Shown here: piece by piece, positions 51,792 through 64,000 of the stretch
Position numbering within the stretch: the first letter of the stretch is position 1
Layout of the letters: every line of letters starts with the position of its first letter
NCBI GenBank assembly: GCA_951406725.2
Contig: OX597816.1
Span: 1,922,001 to 1,986,000 of the forward strand
Direction of reading: 5' to 3'
Source of the DNA: Octopus vulgaris
Taxonomy: Eukaryota
Length of the DNA: 64,000 nt
The notes under the pieces: generated by a model
The model's database searches: none
What the model saw: the letters and a program-made list of their open reading frames with translations, nothing else
What the model was told of the DNA's origin: nothing
Made by a program: the position numbers and the translations under genes

Positions 51792-52345
51792 CCCAAGGGA
51801 CGTCCACAGCTACGATACAGGGATGTGTGCAAGCGCGACCTGAGGACTTCCAACATCTGTGTGGACATGTGGGAGGTAACAGCTGCTGACCGCTCTGCTT
51901 GGCGTCGGACAGTAAGGAAAGGCATTTCCATGGCTGAGGAAAGGAGAGCACAGCTGTGGTTGGACAGGCGGGACAGGAGGAGGACAACTGCAGCAACACC
52001 CCACACGTACCCATCGATGTTCGTGTGCAGCAACTGTACCAGGGACTGCCACTCTAGAATTGGACTGTTCAGTCACAGCAGACGCTGCTCATCATCAAAG
52101 TAGGCCCCACCCTTGGCGCGACCCATTGTCTATCAAGACAGACGGGGGGGAGAGAGAGAGAGATATATTTATATATGTATGTATGTGTGTATGTTTGTAT
52201 GTCTGCATTTGTACCCCCAACATTGCTTAATAACCGATGTTAATTAGCAGTTCAGCAAAAGAAACTGATAGAATAAGTACTGGGCTTAAAAAGAATAAGT
52301 CCTGGTAGTGCTCCAGCATGGCCGCAGTCAAATGACTGAAATGAA
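51590..52345 (+). mobile_element. SINE family A interrupted by an RTE fragment
   Basis: Head at 51590-51760, tail at 52185-52345. Confidence 0.8.
51790..52146 (+). mobile_element. BovB/AviRTE-like RTE LINE 3' end with C-terminal zinc finger
   Basis: GRPQLRYRDVCKRDL..WEVTAADRSAWR..CSNCTRDCHSRIGLFSHSRRC, stop at 52103. Confidence 0.9.
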
Positions 52346-55300
52346 TAAAACAATATAAAAAAGAAAGAATAATATATCAGAATAATTCCGCAAATTGGGA
52401 GCAAAATGTGGAAATTTCGTCAGCAATGACCAGAAAACCACCCGGTGGGCAGTCTTTGTGTTCAAATACAGGTGATGATATTGAGGAGGATGAAGGTGAA
52501 GGACAGAGGAGAGGATGATGATGATGATGATGATAACAAAGCCTTAAATACAAGGATATTGGTGAACTATTTTAAGCTCTCTCTAGAATAAACAACTTTT
52601 AGGGGAACCATTGCTAACCCCTGCATCCATTTTCTTCCCTTTATGTCACTGAATTAGTTCTCTTAACAAAGTTCTAAATGAAAATATATTTTCATACTCG
52701 TTTGTAGAAACTTGAAGCCTTACCATTCCTTATATCCTTATATATCTCCCTCATTGTCATTGTCATCATCATCCCCCCACCCACACCTCATTGTCATTTC
52801 GGCAACCACCCTACCATGCTTGCATGGATCAGATGGAATTTGCTGAAGCTAATTTTCCATGGCTGGATGCTCTTCCTGTCACCAACACTCATCAGATTCC
52901 AGGCAAGGTGATACCCCCACCCCACCCCTTGTGGCCAGAAATGCTTGTTGGTGGAAAACTGGAACCAGCAACATTGATTTGAACAACACTGATACTCATT
53001 TAGATCCATCGCTTGGTGTCAAAACAAGGGGACTATGATAAAAGGCCCCTGCCCAAGGTACTCTGCTGTTGAACTGAGCTGAAAATCACACAGCCATGCT
53101 CACGTCTGGTCATGCATAATAAATAGAGTTCGTTAACATAATTATCCTTAATTATTATAAATGTTCCAAGAAATGAGTCGATGTTGTTAGTGAACAGATG
53201 TAGAAAAATCTATCTTTTTGTAGCGTTTTGTGAGGTCAATAAAGAATCAATAAAAAAAATCAATAAAACAGTTGCAGTAATCTGATCGATTGGAAAAAAG
53301 GTGAAAAGAAAGAAAGAAAGGAAGAAAGGAAGAAAGAAAGAAGCCAAGAAACAAAGAAAAATCAGAAGTTTCCTCACTTTTAACTTGTTTTATGGTGAGT
53401 GTCTGTCAGTCTTCATAAGACATGGCTGAGAATATATTCTTGAGAATGGCTACAGATACACACACACACACACACACTACACACACACACACACACACAC
53501 ACATACACACACACACACACAATACACACACACAATACACATACAGCGCATACACGAGTATAAGAATAGGTGAAGGTATACACTGGGGGTAGGGCATGTT
53601 TGTGAGTGTTGCTTAACCTAACAGTGCTATAATGGACCAATTCCCTGTTATATCTGGTGTGGAATGAAGAGGGTTTTTTCTTTTTATGGGAGAACCCCCA
53701 TGTCTCCCCATTCCCCAACTCCACGGTTAATGTTATATTCATGTATTCATGTTCATGTGTCTTTTACTAATTCCTACTTACGCCCTCCCTTATCTAAATA
53801 ATTCTTACTTATGTCACTGTTGCCCTCAGGCAACTGTGACATAAATGAAATAAAATATAAATGCCATATGTTCAGAAGGACAGAATATCATGTTTATAAA
53901 TAGTAAAGAGTAAGGAAATACACACACACACACACACACTCTCTCTCTCTCTCTCAGCAGGTTCATCCATTTCATGAATTAGAGCAAAGCTTCAGAGGCA
54001 AGTTTCCTTTCTTTTTACTGAGTGTCAATTGAAAGCTTATGAATCTTGTTTCTCCGTGGATCTCCATTATGCTCTGGGCTGGTGTTTTATCTCTGAGATA
54101 TTTATAGATTTAAAAGGCGGTGCTCCAGCATGGCCACAGTCAAATGACTGAAACAAGTTACAGTGTAAAAGAGATTAAGAAACAAGTCTTTTATAATTGG
54201 AATATTGCCCTGGTTACATGTGATTTTTCATAAGAAAAGAACCAGCCTCCTCACCAGAGTCGAAACACAACTAATGGAGGTACACTACACTACACTGTGA
54301 TATCTATGCTGAACAAGGTGGACTTAGCCACTGAAAGTTAATATTTTGTTATGACCATAGCACTATGGTTATTAAAGGATAGTTAAGAGAAAATTCTTGT
54401 TTGGATGCCCAATATCTGTGAATTTGAATCATGGATTAGTCACAGTTGTATGTTTTTTGGTTTGTTTTTGCAGATCAATGCCTGCAGAAGAGAAGGACAT
54501 GAGCAGGGAGAACATTCTAGGGGGCTGATAATCTGGAAAGAAAGAATTGGGCATAATAGCTAAAGTGGGGCTGAGAAATTTGGATGCACAACTTGTGACA
54601 TAAAGTAGAAAATGAATGGGTTGTGGGTGCCTGAGTGGAGAATGTATATAGCCAGACAGCTCTGAGCAAAGTGACAATTTTTTGTGTACTACTAGATGAT
54701 TCTAGTCTGAGATTGAATTCACCAGCATTTTATGACTGTAAGCATCAGTTTCTAGAACTTTCGATCAAACTATTTGGCAGGAAAACTTGCACACCTCTTT
54801 CAAAGTTAACCACATCAACCTAGAATCTATATAACTACAAATTCTGGTGTGTTAGGTCAGTTATGTACAGTCTTCTGTTTATGTTTGTTTACAGTTTTAA
54901 TTATTCTAGAGTAATAAGTGTGCCTTATATGCTTGTTTTTTGTTTTCTCAGTGCAAATTATGGATGTATAAGGAGAGCAATTCTATTTCACGCCACCGGC
55001 AAATAAAAGCTGAGATCTTAAGGTCTTCTTTCTTTACACTGACCAGACATTACAGAGTCCATGCTTATTTCCTTCTTGAATATCAAGCAAAATCATTTCT
55101 CTTGATATTCTTGGTTTCTTCATTGTTTATCGTCATTTTAACATTCACTTTTCCACATTGGCATGGTTCTGACAAGATTTGTTGGGGCAGATTTTTCTAT
55201 GACTGGATGCCTTTCCTCTTACTAAACCCTCATCTGTTTCCAAGCAAAGGTGATATTTCCCCGTGGCCAGACATGTTTTTCATGGAAGAATGGAAATGAA

Positions 55301-55385
55301 GACACTATTTGAATGACAGAGACACTCACTTATGACTATCATGTGTGAGGTTAAGACAAGGAGTCACAAACACACACATATATAC

Positions 55386-55427
<42 letters not shown>

Positions 55428-55432
55428 AAATG

Positions 55433-55835
55433 GAAAATGAAGAAATACTGATCAACAACAATTGACTTACATCAATTATTATTTTTCAATTCAATACAAA
55501 TAGATGATGAATATTATTTTTAGCATATCAATGGCAATACCATAGGACATTGGAAGCAGAAACAGCTGTTAGATGGGATGCAATCTATTTGTATTGAATT
55601 AAAAAATAATAATTGATGTAAGTCAATTGTTGTTGATCAATATTTCTCCATTTTCTGCTTAATTTAAATTTGATTCCTGATAAACTCTTGTTTATTTTGT
55701 TATTGCCTGTATCCTATGAGCATAATATGCTTGCATATGTATGTCCAGGGTTAACATTGGTAATTATAACAGTAGTATAATGGATACCTTTATCCCTTGG
55801 ACAGTTATTCCAACCTCTAAACTCTACTAACCTTT
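55433..55835 (+). mobile_element. Penelope-like pLTR relic with a 73-bp inverted duplication and truncated hammerhead
   Basis: Arms 55433-55505 and 55583-55655 differ at 3 positions. The spacer holds TGATGA...GAAACAGCTGTTAGATG. The distal part resembles the reverse complement of 13015-13080. Confidence 0.6.
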
Positions 55836-55861
55836 ATGTATATATATATACATATATATAT

Positions 55862-56386
55862 ACGAGCAAAATGCCCCTCTCCAATCATATCTGCTGAATA
55901 AAAAGCAATCGGTGTTTTCTTTTCATTAAAAAATAATTAAGCATGCCTTTATTTCAATAAAATTTTTGGTTTTGTTAAACGAAGTTAAGGCAAAAAAAAA
56001 CTTCTTGAGAAACCAAATAGTCTTTCCTTCCTTCATGCCAAGTTTGAAGAAAATATCTCTTTTGCATCTTACATTTTTGGTCTCTTAAATATACTACATT
56101 TTGTGGCATTATTTCAAGCCAGCCAGCTTTCTTGTGCAAACTGCCCATGCATTTTTCTCGCATATGCATAGTATCGATTGCAACAGCTTATGTACTTGCA
56201 TGTACAAATGCACGTACCATGGCTTTATCGATCACATTCTCACCTGGAATCGATTTTTGTAATTTTTTCAAGACTTATACACACCCTGATACCGTCGGTC
56301 TCTACAAATCAAATTTGAGCGCAATCGGATGAAGGATGCCCGAGATCCTAGAAGACACACAGACCGAACGGATTTTATATAATAGA
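55862..56386 (-). mobile_element. Non-autonomous Helitron-like element
   Basis: Minus-strand 5' end A|TCTATTATATAAAATCC...TCTGTGTGTC...CATCCGATT. The 3' end is uncertain (CTCG|T at 55862). Confidence 0.5.
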
Positions 56387-57351
56387 TATATCATGCCCAA
56401 TGCGCCACACAGTAGGACTGAACCTGAAACCATGTGACTAGGAAGCAAAATTTTTAACCACACAGCCTTAGCTATGCATGCACCAGAAGTCCCCATGGGC
56501 CTATATTTTCAACGCTGTTGGCAACCATCTTGAAGCAATAACTTTTGATATAGTCCCAAAACCTCAAATTTAGATGAGGGGTTAGTTGATTATATCAATC
56601 ACCGTGCTTAACTGGTACCTTATTTTAGTAATTGTGGAAGGATGGAAGTTGAAGCTGACACCTCAGTAGGATTTGTAATAAGGGCTGAACTCAATGCCTC
56701 AATAAACATTCATTTATACACTAAAACCCTCAATTATCTCATGCCTGACCAACTTTCCATGGTTTATTCAACCACTTCTAGATTTTACTCATTGTTCATC
56801 AAATTATCGCAATTGTCGTAGTTACTTGGCCCCTTGTCAGCCTTCCCAGCCCAGCAAACCAATGATCAAAGACATTTAAGATACAACCATCCTCTCTGCT
56901 TTTAAGAAACACTTAGGATTATATTATCCAAAGAGCCCTTTCCAAAGACAGTAGCCTTCAAGAACATTTGATTGCTAGTTCCAAAGACTGAATGATCTCC
57001 TAGAGGCTCTCTCAATGTTGATGATGTTAGACAATCAGTTGACAGCAATAATGCCATCCATCAAACTCATTGGCTGCTGGTGCTATGATAGCAACTATTT
57101 CATCCCTTTTAACCTTTTAGCAATTGTCTCTTTATTCAGCACCTTCCACTTTTCACCTTGAACTGGTCTTTCCAAAGGTTCCTGTAGAAGCAGAGAGAGC
57201 ACCTCCCAATGCACACAGTTTGTCTTGGAAACTTTTGTAGCCAAACTTCTTTGGAGTGTCCCTACATAGTTTCACGCATCCAAATTCCTCCAAACACCAC
57301 ACTGTCTTATAATCCAGAAACTTCATACATCATCTTCTTCAGCTGCCTTAC

Positions 57352-57533
57352 CGGTCAATCTTCTGTTGATGTCCAGCACTTTGATTAATGTCTGAGAGTA
57401 CTTCCTGCTCCTGCTCCTCCTTGCCACCACCACCATCACCGCCGCCATCACCACCGCCACCCTGCCCCATCCACTGCTGCCGCCACCACCACCTAACATC
57501 CATGTCCCATACTGGCATCAATTGTAGTTTTAA
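57352..57533 (-). other. Candidate internal exon (182 nt)
   Basis: Acceptor CTCTGTTTCAG| and donor CCG|GTAAGG; only one frame is open; no recognisable homology. Confidence 0.3.
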
Positions 57534-57678
57534 CTGAAACAGAGTCAACACCATTGGCTGAGCGTTCCCATTTGACTGTCGGATCAGGATAAATTACAGG
57601 CGACCAGCACCAAGCGGTGCTTAAGCATAAACAAACTTTAGGTTTTAAAGTCTCTAATGGAGCAACTCAGTCAATGTT

Positions 57679-58030
57679 ATAGCATGTTGTCAACTTAATG
57701 TGACAGTCCCATAAAAGGGAAGAATGCTACTGTTATTTAGCCCTAGGAAACACCGTTTCCTGTTGGATTTGACACATTTCCTGTGCCCTTATGTTTTCAA
57801 AGTGGAGACAAACACCTCCACCCAGCAAAGCCAGCATCCAGAGACTAGTTTCAGAATCATTGCTCATCATCAGACTGGAGTATCATGGCTCGATAGCTGT
57901 CGATGCCTTTGAAAACATAAGGACACAGGAAATGTGTCAAGTCCAACAGGAAACGGTGTTTCCTAGGGCTAAATAACAGTAGCATTCTTCCCTTTCATGG
58001 GACTATCTCATTAAGTTGACAACATACTAT
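57679..58030. mobile_element. Foldback/MITE-like element with 124-bp inverted arms
   Basis: 57679-57802 vs 57907-58030 align with 6 mismatches by manual alignment; 104-bp spacer; possible TA flanks. Confidence 0.8.
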
Positions 58031-58761
58031 CACTTTATCGTGTTGCTGATGTATAAGCCTCTCTGAGAGATTTAGAATGTATTATTTCTATCAGTCAATG
58101 TTGTTGGCTGTGTTTTAATTAAAGCTATAGCTTTAATCAAGTCTGTCCAGAGTTGCCTCTCTTTGCTATTTCCCACTGATAATGGCTAAAGAGCTAGAAA
58201 TATGTCTGGGAATCTGACAGGGGCAGCGCTGGACAAATATAGTGTTTTTATACCTTTTCCCATAAGAGAAAACTTTTTCTCCATGGTAACTGCAGTGAAT
58301 TTGTCTGTAGAAGTTGAAATATGACACAAACTTATTTTAACTAACCTGAAGTTCACTTATATACACACATACATATGTGTGTGTGTTACAGTTTCCGTCT
58401 AAATATATTCACTGACAAGGTATTGGTCGGTCTGTGGCTATAATAGAAGGCACTTGTCCAAGACGCCATGCAGTGGGATGGAACCCAGAACTGCATGTAA
58501 AGTAAGCTTCTTAACAACACAGCCATAATTTTAGTCTATAATCCTTAATCTTTCTCTGGTATGTCAAGCTTTTAGTTCCACCTGGTGGTTGATTAGGATC
58601 AGACTAGAGTGCTACCTATTGTATGACAACAAGTAGCTTTAGAAGTATCCACTTTTGCCATCATGGATAATATCAGGGAATATGGCATCTATACAGTAAT
58701 TATAATTTCTCAAATGTAACATGTCTGGAATGGCACACCAATGCAGAGTGGACTATAATAA

Positions 58762-59029
58762 CTGTACCAGCGTCGCCTTACTGGCACCTGTGCCATCGGC
58801 ATGTGTAAAAAGATTCGAGCGAGGTCGTTGCCAGTACCGCCTGACTGGCCCCCGTGCCAGTGGCACGTAAAAAGCACCCACTACACTCTCAAAGTGGTTG
58901 GCATTAGGAAGGGCATCCAGCTGTAGAAACTCTGCCAGATCTAGATTGGAGCCTGGTGCAGCCGTCTGGTTCGCCAGCCCTCAGTCAAAATCGTCCAACC
59001 CATGCCAGCATGGAAAGTGGACGTTAAAC

Positions 59030-59060
<31 letters not shown>
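58762..59060 (+). mobile_element. RTE 3' UTR fragment
   Basis: Reverse complement of 35797-36080. Confidence 0.8.
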
Positions 59061-59499
59061 CTGTTATGCATAATTTAATTATTCATAGTCTAATATAATA
59101 TTTCAGAATACAAAAATTCCTTCTTCAGATATTGCTAGGAAGTAATGAAGTCCCTGTTATGGTCAGTTTTCCAATGATTCCTGAAATCTGTTGAAAGCAT
59201 CACTGCAGTGGTCTCATGAAGCTGCTTCCAGAATTCCTCATGAGAAGTGCGTGAGGGTGGTCATGTCTAGAGCTCATGTGTATTGGCATATCTGCAGTGC
59301 TGCTTCCAAGTTATATATTATGCGTGTAATTCTTTTTTTATATAATGTTTTGTTACAGGAGCATGTTCCCATTGTGTGTGTGTAGGGTGCCAATGCTGTT
59401 AAATCATATAGGGATTTTAATTTCACTTTTAACAAAATTCTTGGTGCTTATATAAAATGATGAAATGAATACTAATTCTCAAAATAAAAGTATTTATTG

Positions 59500-59747
59500 C
59501 ATCATCATCGTCATTGGTTAACATCCGTTTTCCATGCTGGCATGGGTTGACTGGGGCCTGGAGAGCCAGCGGCTGCACCAGGCTCCAATCTGATCTGGCA
59601 GTGTTTCTACAGCTGGATGCCCTTCCTAACGCCAACCACTCTGAGAGTGTAGTGGATGCTTTTAAAGTGCCACCGGCACGAGGGCCAGTCTGGCAGGACT
59701 GGCAATGGCTACGCTCGAAAATGGAGTATTTTACGTGCCACCTGCAC
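59500..59747 (-). mobile_element. RTE 3' UTR fragment
   Basis: Same family, inverted relative to 58762-59060. Confidence 0.8.
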
Positions 59748-61019
59748 TGATATGTTTCGTAAAAACACAATATATCAGAGGAAAGCAAACATTGCCCCAG
59801 CAGTGACTCCTGAGAACAACAGATGTGTTTTGTCCTCCTTGAAGTTTGTGAATGCTGTGTCTGTTGTTCTTGTGAGGTTCTATGACAAAAACGTTCATCT
59901 CACTCTCATATATATTGTTGTTTTTAACATGTGGGTTTAGTCTGAGAGAAAGATTTCTTCTATGAAGAAATGTTTTCTCAGATAAAAAGCACAGCATCAT
60001 GCCTGTCAATGGTGTATATGCATTTGGTATGATACACAGATGGTAATTTTAATTTAATGCTATTTCAAATGTGCTCTATGTATTTTTTTTTTTACAGAGG
60101 AAAAATTATTGCAATTGGCTTTACAATGGGACGATAGCAAAATATTCTTCTTCCTTCTAACAATAAGAATATGCAGGTTAAACTTTATAATTTGTAATCT
60201 TCCTTTTCATAACAAAAAATAGAAAGAAAGAGAACAAAAATGCTATTTCCCTGAGGAACTCTTTGATATTCTGTTGCAACTTTACCAAACGTTCGTGTTA
60301 TTCTGTTTGAGAAAAACAAAGCATTTCTTTGAACTAAGCAGCCACCCACATTGTGGATTAATGAGATGCAGGTGAGACGGTATCAGAGACTAAGAGTAAT
60401 TAGCAATAAAACGAACAGAAATGTTTATGACTTAACAGTAAATTAGCAATTGGATGTTTTCTAATCAACTTAACTAATTCTAATTTTTGGAAATGGAAAT
60501 GTTCAGCAACAATATTCCAAGACTTTATCATTCCCAGTTTTTGAGCAGTGTTCTGTTTATAGAAGTTTCCCATCCGTTCTTCAATGCTTTTGTAAATTTG
60601 AAATTTACAAAAGAATTCTTAGAGCATATGTCTTTTTTTTAAAAAATAATTTAATAGATGGTTTTCCTAGTTTCTTGTAGTGTTAAGTAATATCAGATAC
60701 AAGTGTAACTGCAAAAAACAACCTAAAACGAAGTGCACACATCGACAATAGAGTTAATATGTCTCACAGAATGCCCTCATGAATCCTTAGAACTTTCCAG
60801 TGTAGAGAGCCGTCTCTTCTCTATGTCTGCTTGGTCACATATAGAATATTTCTCCCAATATAAAACAAAACATGAAAAGCGATCGGTTACGCACAAACAA
60901 AAAAACAACATGACTGATAGGTCTTGATTAATTTGGATTTCAAAAAAAAACTCAAACTTTTTCCTGTCCAATCCTCCCATCAGCACTGAATGATTTTGTA
61001 CGACTTAGAAAATATTCCA

Positions 61020-61300
61020 TCAACACTGTCTAAACAAGGACTCTATCACATTCACAATGGCCAACCAAGTTCGGCCTTGTGTCATACACCTTCTACAAGA
61101 ATGGAGCTCAATTCACGTAACAACATTGCGAATAACCCCAACCACCACCCTTAATATTCATATGGTACTTGAACAAGTTCCTCCAAGGAATACCAGACAA
61201 ACCAGCAACCCTTGATATATTTCAGTAGACAACAACTCCTGTCCAGAGGGACTATGGTATCCTAAAGCATAACTCAAAACACTACTCCAGGCGGTGCTTT
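61020..61300 (+). mobile_element. Decayed CR1-type 3' end
   Basis: LNKFLQGIPDKP at about 61168-61204, then the GGCGGTGC tail motif at 61290. Confidence 0.5.
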
Positions 61301-62819
61301 TAAGGTTTAATTTTTTAAAAATCTTTTACTAAGAAGAGAAGGCAGTGTTCCCAAGCTAAGAAGAGGGTCTCTGAGACAGATGGGAGCATTTTCTCAAACC
61401 AAAAACCAGTCTTGAATGCTTGCAACAGAGTGGACTCTGCTAAAGACAGCTGAGGTCCTGTGTGGAATGGAAAACTGGGCAATGGGACACGTCTTATTGC
61501 CAAAAGTTAGACTTGGCCTGGAGCAATTATGGCTGAAACCTAAGTTATTTAAGTTATCGTCTGGGATTAGTGTGGTACTAGTTTTAAGCTTAGTAGATTG
61601 TGCAAAGTGGGATAACGGGCCTGGAGATAGGGATACAGACCCATCGAATGTCATAAGTGTTTTGTATGTGACTTTCTAGTCATAGTTTAGCACTAACTTC
61701 GCTGATCAAGTGTTTATTCGTGACCTGCAAATTTCTTTTGAAAATCTAATTGGAAAAAAAAAATCTACCACCCACAAACAACTGCTTCAGTTCAAATAAC
61801 GACCTATTTTGCACAGAAATGAAAAGGATTTTCTTGAGCTCATATTCAGAAATCTTCGTTGTCACTTCAAGCACCGTATGGTCAAATCGAAATTAAAAAT
61901 TTCGATTTTAGCTTCGTTGGATAGAGGTGGAATGACCTTGGCAGAAGAGGAACCAGTTGGTATTTAGCATAAATCTTTATAATACATATTAGTAGCAGGT
62001 ATTTATGTAAGGACGAAGTAAAAAGCCATACAAATGTAGAATAGGATTACAATAATGAACACATATTCAACATTTTATTTATTTTACGAATAATTCATTT
62101 ATATTTTCTTATATAGAATAAATGTTTTGGTGAGTCATTTTAATTCTTTTTCTTTTTATCATAAAACTGTGCATCGAATATTTTCTTATAATCGAATTAT
62201 CAGTAAAGGTATTTATCACTACTTTCACCGCAATTATAAAAACGTTGTGCGCAATTACAAGTTTTCACATGGCAACATATTTTGATAATTAAATCTTAAA
62301 AATAAAGCATTAAATTTTCTTTTTTTAGAAAATGAGAATTACCATGAGAAATAAATTAAAATCTGACAATAAATAAAGAATGAAAGAAAAAGTAAACAGT
62401 AGAAGTAAAAATTAAATATAGACACATCGCAAATCTTGAAATAAACAGATAAAAGTGAGATAAGATGAAGAGAAAAAATGACAAGTGAAATATGAAATAT
62501 ATTAAAGTAGGATGGAAGGGAAAATAAGGTTGAACATGTTTGGGGTGCGAAGGATTTCGGAAGAATTGGCAAACGTTCCTTTATATTGGATATATAAAGG
62601 AAAAGAACCTGTGAAAACGTAAGATCAGGTTATATTATTAAGACCTTAAGGGACACCCTGACATTATATATATGTATATATATATGTATACATATATATA
62701 TATACACACACATGTATGTAAATAAGTGCGCGCACTTGTATGTATGTGTGTTATTTTAGATACATACGTATGGATTTATTCCGTGTGTATAAGAAAAAAT
62801 ATAGACATTAGTTAAGGTA

Positions 62820-64000
62820 GTGAATTGAAATATAAGCATCGATAGTAGCAGCAAGCGAACTAGAAATAGTCGCAGCAGCAATAGTTATCATCATCACCAG
62901 CATCATCATCATCATAGACATGATGATGTGTCTATGGTGTTGTTGTTGATGATGATGATGATGATAACAATATCAATCAGCAGCAGCAGCAGCAATGAGG
63001 AAGCAAGTGAAGAGGGAGAATGGTTTGTGTTGGGAAAAGGTGTCTTGCTACGATTTGCTCCCGATACCTTCCCCATTAAGTACAACAGCAACATCAAGGC
63101 GGCGGCTGCGACTACGACCAGGAAGAGACGGATATAGCAGAGAGAGAGAGAGAGAGAGAAAAGGAGAGAGAGAAGAAGAGAGAGAGAGAGAAAAGGAGAG
63201 AGAGAAGAGGAGAGAAGAAGAGAGAAGAAGAGAGAGAGAGATAGCCGCAAGAGAAAGAGAGGGGAAAAGAGATAAAGAACAACAGAAAAGGAGGAAAATA
63301 GACGTGAAGAAAGAAAGGGAAGGAGAAAGTGAGATAAAGGGAGATAGGAGCAGCAGCAGCAGCGAGAGACAGAAATAGCTGCAGGAGGAGGATAGAGAGA
63401 GAGAGAGAGAGAGAGAGTGATTGAAAGAGGGAGGGAGAGAGAGAAAGTGATTGAAAGAGGAAGAGAGTGATTGAAAGACGGAGGGAGAGAGAGAGAGCAA
63501 CAGCAAGGAGACCACCACTGCGACGATGACGATTAGCGAGACACAGAGATAGCAGTAGCAGCAGCAGCAGCAGCAAGAAGACGACTGTGACTATGACGAC
63601 GACTGGGAAGAGACAGAGATAGCAGCAGCAGTAACAGCAACAAGAAGATGACTGCGACTGACGCGATGTAGCAGCAGCAGCAATACCAGCAGAAAGAGAG
63701 AGAGAGAGAGAGGTAGTGTGAGTGAGAGAGAAAGAAAGAAATAGAGAAAGAGAGAGATAGAAATAGCATCATCATCATCATCAGCAGCAGCAGCATTAAC
63801 AACACGACTGCTACCACGACTCGCGAGCGGTAGCAGCAGCAGCAGCAGCCGCCGCCGTGCCAGAACGACTGTAGTTCAAGTCTGCTGCCCTGCCTCCTCC
63901 TCCTCCTCCACCACCACCACCACCTTCTATAAGGACACTAGTAGCAGTAGTAATAGTAGTGATGGTAGCAGCAGCAGTAGCAGCAGTAGTAGTAGTAGTC
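62820..64000. promoter_or_regulatory. CpG-retaining low-complexity (CAG/GA/CGA) region, possible gene 5' end
   Basis: Many intact CpGs (GCGGCGGCTGCGACTACGAC, CTCGCGAGCGG), whereas the repeats elsewhere show CpG decay. No SINE insertions seen. Confidence 0.35.

Noticed and set aside
60099-60176. Possible plus-strand exon (TTTTACAG|EEKLLQLALQWDD...CAG|GTTAAA)
   Set aside because: Good acceptor but weak donor, no partner exons and no recognisable homology.
63068-63135. Ribosomal-protein-type TCT/TOP start (CTCTTCC ... ATG GGG AAG|GT)
   Set aside because: No downstream exons of any recognisable MGK-starting protein; kept only as part of the speculative transcript.

Overview
AT-rich, repeat-saturated animal DNA. 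The SINE, LINE and microsatellite content looks like a coleoid cephalopod (octopus); that is my recognition and is not database-verified. I found no intact host protein-coding gene, RNA gene or CRISPR array. Almost all listed ORFs are translated microsatellites or decayed transposons. The window holds a 2.9-kb 21-bp minisatellite, a 2-kb GA-rich satellite and many microsatellites. It also holds several tRNA-derived SINE families, fragments of RTE, CR1-type and R4/Dong-type LINEs, Penelope-like relics with hammerhead-ribozyme motifs, and autonomous and non-autonomous Helitrons. Smaller items are a foldback/MITE and weak DNA-transposase remnants. Best second-look items: (1) a SINE/LINE 3' recognition hairpin conserved in structure but not sequence; (2) one SINE head carrying two different LINE tails; (3) tandem pseudoknot-like modules in an RTE 3' UTR; (4) hammerheads in inverted Penelope repeats; (5) a (TAA)n-targeted retroelement pile-up containing an unidentified 555-bp passenger; (6) a speculative spliced minus-strand transcript near the right end. 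Nothing here is demonstrably a new biological system. Most element boundaries are approximate (tens of bp).
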